Source: an uncultured bacterium (GTDB taxonomy: Bacteria; Chloroflexota; UBA5177; JANWHV01). Taken from it: 64,000 nt of DNA. Positions 30,303-38,307 of the stretch are shown here, in pieces. Made by a program: the position numbers and the translations under genes. A model generated the notes under the pieces. The model was not told the DNA's origin. It searched no databases and saw only the letters and a program-made list of their open reading frames with translations. Each line of letters opens with the position of its first letter. Position 1 is the first letter of the stretch. The DNA lies in NCBI GenBank assembly GCA_963827235.1, contig CAWHAE010000012.1:1408001-1472000 (forward strand), given 5' to 3'.

Positions 30303-30368
30303 TTAGGGGCTGATGTGGGTGCGTGTTGTGTGTTTTGGGTGGTGCCGGAACCCGGTGCGGCGCAGACT
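30303..30368 (+). promoter_or_regulatory. putative activator-dependent promoter (phased G/T-rich boxes; TTTTGGGTGG-N19-GCAGACT)
   Basis: The same motif with the same spacing occurs at 41483-41518, upstream of the paralogous gene. Confidence 0.5.
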
Positions 30369-30444
30369 TAAGAGCAGGAGGACAGGCTCACACACGGGCG
30401 TATCGGACAACCTCCTCGAATGACAACTGGAGAAGTAGAAAACG

Positions 30445-31902
30445 ATGAGCAAGCTCATGGGTCCAGCCAAACTGCTCGCCTCGGCCACGGCATCCATGCT
30501 CATGCTGGCCATGGTCCATCCCGCGTTTGCCGACAGGTCGATAGCTCCGTCAGGTGCCCCGGTAGGGCGCGGCCCGCTGGTCACGCCTACCCCTCCCGTC
30601 GCGGCGCTGCAGGCAAACCGTGGGCCGGGCCCCGGCATGCTCGCCCGAAGCGTTCTGCCCCATCCCGCCAGGCCGCGGCCCGCGGCCTTCGTCAAACCAA
30701 TCGGCACGCCACCACCGGCAGCGGTTCCGCATGGCGGGTATGTCGACGCTCCTGGTGAGTACGACCTGCAGCCATCCGCGTCGGCGGTAACCGTGAAATG
30801 GTATGACCGCTCCGACAACGAGCTGGGATTCAAGGTGTTCCGCCGCGACACGTCCGGCAACTGGCAGTTGGTCTACCAGGTCGCGACCCGCAATACGCCC
30901 GGCAGCGGGACCGGCAGCGAGCAAGGAGGGACCGACTACACCTGGGTGGATACCAGCACCAGCATAAGCGGCCAGTGCTACAGGATCGCCGCGTACAACG
31001 CCACGGCTATCAGCTACACCGGCGAGGAGTGCACGGTACGCCCGGACCCCAGCCGGTTTCCGCAGTATGTCGGCGGCGCCGCGCCGCAGTGGAGCGGATT
31101 GAGCGACACGAACGGCGGCACCGGTAATCTCGTGAACACGAACCTCGAGCAGCACCTGAAGTACGGCAACCAGACCTGGGGTGTCAACCTGATCTGGGCC
31201 GACAGCTCGTTGTGGAGGGTCGAGGCGCAGGGCGGGCCGCATCTGATGAAAGGGCAGGCCGTGGCGATCAAAGTCTGGGGCGGCGGCTGGCTGAAGTACG
31301 GCACTCAGACCTTTGGTGTGGACCTGCAACTGTCGTCCACGCCGGTGTACGAGTGGTACGCCATCGGCATGCGGGGTGACGCCAGCGAAGAATCATGGGC
31401 CGGCCACGACCTTACGGACGCCGGGACGTTCGCGCTGTGGAACAGCAGCGCGCAGGCGTACCTCGTTCATGGCTACGAGACCTGGGGCATCAGCCTCAAG
31501 TGGTACAGGGTGGGCGGCGGGTCAACGGCGTCGCCGACCCCAACCTCTACGCAGCACGGCGTGAAGACCGAGCGGGTGTTGAACTGTTCGGTCGACCAGC
31601 AACCGGTTGAGGTGTGGATCGCCGATCAGACGGCCGGTGGCGGGTTCATCGACAAGGGCCGAGTCGACCAGCAGTACGGGTCGGACGGCTGCCCTACCGC
31701 CGGCAGCGTGCCGCTCACCTTCAGCCCGCTCTCCGGTCATCACTATCTGCTGGTCGCCACCGACAGTGCGTTGCCCGGCTGTGACGGCAGTAACGACCCG
31801 CAGCAGGGCGAGTGCCAGAAGATGACCGTGCAGTTCGACGGTGACGCGAACGGCTACACGCGGACCGACACCGTCGACATCGGCACCGTGATCACACCGT
31901 GA
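30445..31902 (+). CDS. secreted multidomain protein (FN3-like domain, threefold-repeat beta domain, Cys-containing C-terminal domain), paralog A
   Basis: Signal peptide (MVHPAFA), Pro-rich linker, VTVKWYDRSDNELGFKVFR...YRIAAYN (FN3-like), repeats LKYGNQTWGVNL / LKYGTQTFGVDL / LVHGYETWGISL. Confidence 0.8.
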   Translation: MSKLMGPAKLLASATASMLMLAMVHPAFADRSIAPSGAPVGRGPLVTPTPPVAALQANRGPGPGMLARSVLPHPARPRPAAFVKPIGTPPPAAVPHGGYVDAPGEYDLQPSASAVTVKWYDRSDNELGFKVFRRDTSGNWQLVYQVATRNTPGSGTGSEQGGTDYTWVDTSTSISGQCYRIAAYNATAISYTGEECTVRPDPSRFPQYVGGAAPQWSGLSDTNGGTGNLVNTNLEQHLKYGNQTWGVNLIWADSSLWRVEAQGGPHLMKGQAVAIKVWGGGWLKYGTQTFGVDLQLSSTPVYEWYAIGMRGDASEESWAGHDLTDAGTFALWNSSAQAYLVHGYETWGISLKWYRVGGGSTASPTPTSTQHGVKTERVLNCSVDQQPVEVWIADQTAGGGFIDKGRVDQQYGSDGCPTAGSVPLTFSPLSGHHYLLVATDSALPGCDGSNDPQQGECQKMTVQFDGDANGYTRTDTVDIGTVITP

Positions 31903-31956
31903 GCCAGCACGGCTCTGTCAGTCCGTTCGTGGGCGAACAGTCCTGATCATCGCCCT

Positions 31957-31991
31957 GCCAGGCCATGCCGGCCATGGCGGCATGGCCTGGC
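31957..31991. terminator. 14-bp perfect hairpin, probable terminator
   Basis: GCCAGGCCATGCCG / CGGCATGGCCTGGC with a 7-nt loop, between convergent genes and followed by a T-rich stretch. Confidence 0.6.
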
Positions 31992-32176
31992 GACGTGTTG
32001 TTTCGCGTGTCCTGCACGCGAAACCCGCCATATGTCGCCGTGCGTCCGCGATCCACAGCAGGGTAGGCAGCGTCTAGCATGCGACCGCCGGATTCTGTTC
32101 AGCTCGACCAACGCGTAGGCCATCGCCTCCATAGTTGCTTAGCAGGGTACCGCCCATTTCACCGGCTGTTGTGTCG

Positions 32177-32587
32177 CTATTCTCCCAACCACAGGGACGC
32201 GGGAATCGGAGATCTCTGCAGTGCCTGAATAGCAGTTGCCATGACGCGCTTCCCCTCCGGATTCCGTGGATCAACCAGCACCGTCGTCTCCCTGGTGAGA
32301 ATGCCAACGCTGGTGATCAAAGCGGCACGATCGGCGCGCGTGACGAGGTCCCACACCAGGCTCGTACCCACATCGAGAGCTATCTCATGGGGTATGCGCA
32401 GGACGAAGGAGTACGAATATTCCGCTTTCCCCAGCCTGCCGCCCCGTGGTTCCCGTCCCATGTAGGAGAGCTGCGCACCGTGTGCCAACTCAATCTCCCT
32501 GCCGCGCGGCACCCGCTCCTGCCCCATAACGAGCCCGATAACGGACACTTCCTGCGTCGTGATCTGGAACTCAATATCCACTCTCAC
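32177..32587 (-). CDS. hypothetical protein (~135 aa)
   Basis: Normal protein-like composition; GAGGTGA precedes the alternative start GTG 32581; downstream of and co-oriented with STAND regulator 1. Confidence 0.6.
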   Translation of the reverse strand: MRVDIEFQITTQEVSVIGLVMGQERVPRGREIELAHGAQLSYMGREPRGGRLGKAEYSYSFVLRIPHEIALDVGTSLVWDLVTRADRAALITSVGILTRETTVLVDPRNPEGKRVMATAIQALQRSPIPASLWLGE

Positions 32588-32836
32588 CTCTCTCTGTCCG
32601 AGTCAGCCCGCAAGCAAGGTGAACCGCCGACAAGGTTTGCGTCCTGGACACGCTTGTCGGAATGCGCGAAGACCGCGTTGCTTGACCGGGGTTGGTGCGA
32701 GTACTCGCCTATCGTTTGGGCGGGCGTGGTGTGCTCGATGTCGCGACGCTTTCTTGCTTGGTTGCGGAGCGTGGCCGGCATTTGCCGCAACCTCGCGGGG
32801 TGTGCCGGCGGTCAGGGAGTTACCGGGCACCCGGAT

Positions 32837-35776
32837 TCACGGCATGTCGGTCATACCAGGCGGCTCAGGTGCGCCCAAGCGCAGGAAGATCGCCCGCGCC
32901 GTCGCTCTCGCCTCGATCGCCTCGGCTTGGGAAGATGTGGTCCCGCAGCGGAGCACGTGCTCAGCCAGGCGCCACCGCGCGAGCGCTTCCTGATAGGGCC
33001 ACCCCATTTCGTGCCAGTGCTCAGCCGCTTCCTTGCTGTGCGCGGCCGCCAGATTATACCGGCGCTCATGGGCTGCCATCAGCCCGCGCGCATCGGCGAG
33101 ATAGGCGGACATCGCGGGTGTTGACACGCGGCCGGCGATCGACGCGAGATCCTCCAGGAGCTCGTGCGCGCGGTCGTCTCGACCCACGTGCAGGTAGACC
33201 TCGATCCCGGACCACATCGCCTGGTCATAGAAGAGCACCACCCCTCTACTTTGCCAGCGTTGGAGACAACGGTCCATCGCTGCGACAGCCCCGCCCAGGT
33301 CTCCGCTGGCCAGGCGCACGAGCGCCAGACTCCGCAGGCAGGTGCCCAGACTTTCACAGTCGTCCCACTTCTCGCACGCGGGTAAAAGCCCCTCCAGCAT
33401 CTGGGCAGCAGCGTCAAGCCGACCCTGCCGCCGCAAGAGCTCGCCCGTACGCAGCAAGCACCACACGTGCTGGACGTTGTCGGCCGCTTCGGACCGCTGC
33501 AAAGCCTGCTCGAGCAGATCTCGTGCTTCGTCCCAGTGTCCAAGTTCCAACTCTACCCCACCAAGATTGGCCAGCAGGTAGTCGGTGCGGGTTTCCCACT
33601 TCGTTCGCTCGGCGACGGACAGGCCGGCCCGCAAGGTGTCGCGCGCTCGGCGGCAATCACCTATGCCCAAGAATGCGAATCCCAGCGTCTGATGGGCGTG
33701 AACCAACTCGGCCACCTGGCCGGCGCCTTCAGCGAGCGTGAGGCTGCGCTCAAGGTGTTCCAGGCCACGTTCCGTTTCACCCATATCGACCAGCACGGCA
33801 CCAATGTTAATCAGTGCGCTAGCAGTGATACCCGCGTCGCCCAGTTCCGTGGCCAGGTCGAGCGCCTTCTGGCCCCAGGCAATGCTCTCCGGACACCGCA
33901 GAGTGACACTGTAAACCTGCGAGAGTGTGCTGTACGTCAGGGCCAGTTCACGGCTTGGCGGTCCACTCTCAAGGATGGTGAGCGCACTTTGCAGATGATC
34001 GAGGGCAGCCGCGAACTCACCGCGGCGCCGACAAGCTACCGCCAGGCGCCAGGAGAGGTTGCCGCCCTTCCGCCGGTCACCCGTCAGTTCGTAGACTCGC
34101 TGCGCCTCCTGCCAGTATCGCAACTGCAGGTTGGTATCACCCAGCGGGTCTACCGCTTCGCCGAGCTTGCCGAGCAGGTCCGAGCGTGCATTGAGGTCGT
34201 CGACGTCCAGCAGTGCGAGCGCCGCCTCATAGTGCGCCACAGCGTCCCGATAAGCCGACATGCGAGCCGCGCGATCGCCCGCCAATTGCGTGTAGCGCAG
34301 TGCCTTCGGCACATCGCCCGCCTGCCGGCTATGATATGCCAGCAGATCGACATTGGTCTCGGGATTGCGAGCGTCCGACTCCAAAGCTCGTACCACTCGA
34401 CGGTGTAGGGCCATTCGCCGGGCGGACCCAGCGTCGGCTTCGACAACTTCACGAATCACGTCGTGGACGAAGTAGTAGAGTTGCCCAGCCTCGACCAAGA
34501 TCCGCGCCCTGCAGGCGCCGTCGAGAACCGCAAGCACCTCTTGTTCCGATTGCTCGGCCACTGCGATGAGAAGAGATGGCGAGACCGCGCGGCCGATCAC
34601 CGCGGCCGCGCCCAGCACTTCCCCCGTGCCCTCGGCCAGGCTCGCGATACGCTGCCGAAGCGACTGCGCCAGGTCCCAGGGCACTACAACACCTCTGTCG
34701 GACACCATGGGGCTTTCACGTAGTCCCTGGGCACAACTGATCACGAAGAACGGCACCCCTCCGGCGCGGCGCAGCGCGCGTTCGCGCAACTCCGCCTCCG
34801 ATTCGGGTCCCTCGGTGAGAAATTGATCTGCCAGTAGCACCACTTCTGAAGGCGTTAGCGGTACGAGCGTGTGCTGAGTTGCTAACCGCGCATGTGCCAG
34901 ATCGGCGAGTGTGATCGACAGCGAATCCTGCGCTGCCACTTCGGTGTCACGGTAGGCGCCGACCACACGCAGCGGTGCCTCAGCCGTGCGCATCAGTGCA
35001 GCAAGCAAATCGAGGGCATCAGCCCCAGCCCATTGCAAATCATCCAGAATCAACAGCGTGCCCGCCGGCCCCGCCACGTTCTGCAGGAAGTGGCCCACAG
35101 CCTTGAAGAGCAGGCGGCGCTCTTGGTCCGGCGAGAGCGTCCAATCCGGTAACGACTCAATCGGTCCGACGGCCAGTTCCGGCAACAGGCGGACCAACCA
35201 CGCGCAGCCCTGCAAAACCGTGCGCAGCCGCGCCGGCGGCACGGCGCGCAGAGAAGCCTCCAGCGCCTCGAGCACGGGAGCGTAGGGCTCCTGGCCACCG
35301 CGGCGCCGGCAACCACCCTGCAGGACCCCCCAACCCAGCCGTGCGGCCTGCTGCTGAGCTTCTTGCAAGACGCGCGACTTGCCGATGCCAGGCTCACCCG
35401 CGAACAGCAGAACTGGCGGTCCCTCGCCGCGCAGGTGCCGTGCAAGCAGGGCCAACTCTTTAGCCCGTCCCACCATCCGCGGCTGCGCGATACCTGCCGG
35501 TGGAGTTACTACGGCAGACGGTTCGCCCGCGGGCCCGAGCAGGCCGCGCGCGGCGCCCTCGAATGCGCCTCGCTCAGCGGCTTGGAGACCCAGCGCATCC
35601 GCCAGCAGGACGACCGTCCCGCGCTGCGGCAGCCGGCGCACGCCCCGCTCCAAATTGCTGATGCCGCGCACGCTCAGGTGCGCCCGCTCCGCCAGCTCCT
35701 CTTGCGTCAGGCCCGCCGCCCGGCGATAGCGCTGCAGCAGGTCCGCGAAGCCGGCAGGCTGCGCCCGTATGCCCAT
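32837..35776 (-). CDS. XRE-HTH + STAND (AAA_16-type) ATPase + TPR transcriptional regulator, paralog 1
   Basis: FADLLQRYRRAAGLTQEELAERAHLSVRGISNLERG; Walker A GEPGIGKS; Walker B LILDDLQW; GGVPFF; long helical-repeat C-terminus. Confidence 0.9.
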   Translation of the reverse strand: MGIRAQPAGFADLLQRYRRAAGLTQEELAERAHLSVRGISNLERGVRRLPQRGTVVLLADALGLQAAERGAFEGAARGLLGPAGEPSAVVTPPAGIAQPRMVGRAKELALLARHLRGEGPPVLLFAGEPGIGKSRVLQEAQQQAARLGWGVLQGGCRRRGGQEPYAPVLEALEASLRAVPPARLRTVLQGCAWLVRLLPELAVGPIESLPDWTLSPDQERRLLFKAVGHFLQNVAGPAGTLLILDDLQWAGADALDLLAALMRTAEAPLRVVGAYRDTEVAAQDSLSITLADLAHARLATQHTLVPLTPSEVVLLADQFLTEGPESEAELRERALRRAGGVPFFVISCAQGLRESPMVSDRGVVVPWDLAQSLRQRIASLAEGTGEVLGAAAVIGRAVSPSLLIAVAEQSEQEVLAVLDGACRARILVEAGQLYYFVHDVIREVVEADAGSARRMALHRRVVRALESDARNPETNVDLLAYHSRQAGDVPKALRYTQLAGDRAARMSAYRDAVAHYEAALALLDVDDLNARSDLLGKLGEAVDPLGDTNLQLRYWQEAQRVYELTGDRRKGGNLSWRLAVACRRRGEFAAALDHLQSALTILESGPPSRELALTYSTLSQVYSVTLRCPESIAWGQKALDLATELGDAGITASALINIGAVLVDMGETERGLEHLERSLTLAEGAGQVAELVHAHQTLGFAFLGIGDCRRARDTLRAGLSVAERTKWETRTDYLLANLGGVELELGHWDEARDLLEQALQRSEAADNVQHVWCLLRTGELLRRQGRLDAAAQMLEGLLPACEKWDDCESLGTCLRSLALVRLASGDLGGAVAAMDRCLQRWQSRGVVLFYDQAMWSGIEVYLHVGRDDRAHELLEDLASIAGRVSTPAMSAYLADARGLMAAHERRYNLAAAHSKEAAEHWHEMGWPYQEALARWRLAEHVLRCGTTSSQAEAIEARATARAIFLRLGAPEPPGMTDMP

Positions 35777-35978
35777 ACCTCGTCTCCCGCCCAGACTCTT
35801 CGCGGGCGCTCCGGCACTCGTACCGATCCTCTGGTCTCCTGCTGCCCAGTCTAGCAGTTGGACCGCTACTGAGCCGAGCAGCCCGGTTGGGTGGGTACGT
35901 GGGTTGGTGGTTGGGTGGGTTGTGCATGGTTTGCCACCCGCTCAACGCGCATAGTGTCTTCATGACGAGGCCGGATGC
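35586..35978. repeat. ~393-bp near-identical direct repeat, copy 1 (HTH coding region plus divergent promoter)
   Basis: Matches 41051-41444 with only scattered substitutions and one C-run length difference. Confidence 0.95.
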
Positions 35979-36015
35979 ACGGAGCCTTGCGGCAAGCGGA
36001 CAGGAGAACAGGACG

Positions 36016-36459
36016 ATGATGCGGAATGACGGCGGCTACCACGCAGGGTTCGAAACGGTACGTGCGATGCAGCGGCAGCTGCGAGATGAGCGAGCGCAGG
36101 AGCGGGGCGCGAGAAAAGCCAGGGCAGGCACCACATTCCCTGGCTGGATCGCGCTGATGCTGCGGAAGTCGATATGTGCCCTTCCCCTCCTCATCTCGAA
36201 AGTGCTTTCGCGTGGCCGCCTTTCGGGTCGGTGGCTCGCCGTGCCGGATACCACGCGCAGCGGGCCTGGGCGGCTGCGGCACCGCGTGAGATCGCCTGGA
36301 CAGATGAGGCCACGGCTGAAGCCCGCGGGCTCGGTACCTGTCGACCATGTCAGATCCCGCCGTGGCTGCACTTTAGCGCGGAGCGTCACGGGGATGGGTC
36401 GGGCTGAGCAGTCCACAGTTGCCGCCACACAGCGCGGAAAGTCGATTGGAGGACGAGCA
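36016..36459 (+). other. possible small protein gene starting MMRNDGGY; 3' end unresolved
   Basis: AGGAG RBS before ATG 36016; helical N-terminus RAMQRQLRDERAQERGARKA; the frame stays open into the next gene. Confidence 0.3.
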
Positions 36460-36731
36460 ATGCCACGGTACATGGTCGAACGACATTTTCCTCAGGGTCT
36501 GCAGATCGCGGTGAACGAGGCGGAGCGGCTGCCTGTCTTGCAGTGGTGCAGAACAACGCGGACCTCGGCGTAACCTGGATCCAGTCGTACGTGAGCGAGG
36601 ATAGGGCGAAGACGTTCTGCATCTACGACGGTCCTACGCCGGAAGCCATCCAGCGGGCAGCGGAGCGCAGCGGCCTGCCGGTCGAGTGCATCACGAGGGT
36701 GAACGTGCTGGACCCTTACTTCTACAAATGA
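36460..36731 (+). pseudogene. DUF4242 (SCO4226-like putative nickel-binding) protein with a one-base frameshift near 36523
   Basis: MPRYMVERHFPQGL in one frame joins AAACLAVVQNNADLGVTWIQSYVSEDRAKTFCIYDGPTPEAIQRAAERSGLP in another; RBS GGAGG. Confidence 0.8.
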
Positions 36732-36899
36732 GGCTGACCACACGAGTCGAGCACGCCTCGCTAGAGCCGGCAGGCTGCTCCCACCTGACCGCTGCAACAT
36801 AGTGAGGGCACACCGGATAGAGGCTGCCAGCGCAATCCCATATCCGTCACGACAATAAGCAGCCGCCATCTGTGCGGCATGAAGGAAAGAGGAAGCACA

Positions 36900-38067
36900 A
36901 TGGACTTGCAGACAACCTCGCCGGATCCTGCCAGCAAGATCTCTGCCCCGCGCCGCCGGCTATTGGCTGGCGGTGACCGCGCTCATACTGGCGCCTGCCG
37001 CCCGCCCTGCCGAGGCGACGTCGCTTCAACAGGCCGGCACGACGCTGTCCACGAACGCCACCGTCTTCGCCACCGGCCTGAACAATCCCCGCGGCCTCAC
37101 CTTTGGCCCGGACGGGGATCTGTATGTGGCCGAGGCCGGCACGGGCGGCTCGCGCTCCACCGTCGGCATGTGCCAGCAGGCGCCCGACCCTGCCGGCCCA
37201 TACTCGGGTGGCATGACCGCCCGTATCTCCAAGATCAGTCCGACGGGCGTCCGCACCACTTTCGCGGACCACCTCCCCTCCGACCAGATGAGTCCCGCGA
37301 ACGGCAAGCTGGTGAGCGGGGTGGCCGCGGTCACCTTCATGGGCAGCACCCTGTATGCACTGCTCTCCGGCGCCGGTTGCTCACACGGTCTGGCCGGCAC
37401 GGCCAACGGCGTCATCCGCGTGAAGGCCGACGGTTCCTGGACGAACCTCGCCGACCTGAGCCAGTTCCTGGCGATCCATCCAGTCGCCAACCCGGACGAC
37501 GACGCCGAGCCCGACGGCACCTGGTATGGCCTGGTCGGCATGGGCGGCGCCCTGTATGCCACCGAGCCCAACCACCAGCAAATCTTGCGTATCACCCCGG
37601 CCGGCACTGCGAGCCGGGTGGTCGACTTCTCGGCCATCTACCCCGGCCTGCTGAACTGGCACGGGCCGACCGCACTCGCCGCGCAGGGTGGCAAGCTCTA
37701 CGTGGGCTTCCTCACCTCCTTCCCGACCGTAGTCGGCGCATCGAACATCTCCCAGGTCAGCCTGGATGGCAAGGTCCGGGTGGTGGCGGCGGGCTTGACC
37801 GCCGTGCTGGGCGTGGCCTTCCACGCGGGCCTGCTCTACGCGCTGGAGATGACCACGGTCCCCGGTCTTCCCGGCCCGACGTGGACGGGACGGGGCCAGG
37901 TGGTGCGGGTAACGGCCTCAGGCTCGCTAGTAACGGTGGCCAGCGGCCTGACGCTGCCGACGGCCATGGCCTTTGGGCCGGACGGCGCGCTCTACGTCTC
38001 CAACCTCGGCTTCGGGACACCGCCGGGAGCGGGAGAGATCGTGCGGGTCACTCTTCCGGCCATGTAG
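36900..38067 (+). CDS. secreted ScyD/ScyE-family beta-propeller protein; apparent frameshift near 36962 in the signal peptide
   Basis: FATGLNNPRGLTFGPDGDLYVAEAGTGG, VAAGLTAVLGVAF, LYALE, GLTLPTAMAFGPDGALYVSNLG; the ATG at 36900 has an RBS but is out of frame with the main ORF (36973-38067). Confidence 0.78.
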
Positions 38068-38307
38068 AGAACACGGCAGTCAAGACGAATCGGAGCCTGG
38101 CGGCTGAGTGCAATGCCTCAAGCTGCCAGGCCCGGCCCGTTGCCGATCACCGCGATCATCGACAGCGCCTCTCGACGGCGCTCTCCAACCCGGGGCTGGG
38201 ATACGCAACCGGTCCTGCCTGCGCGGCATCGCTCGCACACATGGGGCGAAACGGCACAGTACCTCTTCCGGCTTATGACAGTCTCCCCCTGGCGCGCATG
38301 CTACCAA

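Noticed and set aside
36460-38067. Scytonemin biosynthesis from the ScyD/ScyE-like gene
   Set aside because: No scyA/B/C or aromatic amino acid pathway genes nearby; this propeller family is widespread outside scytonemin clusters.
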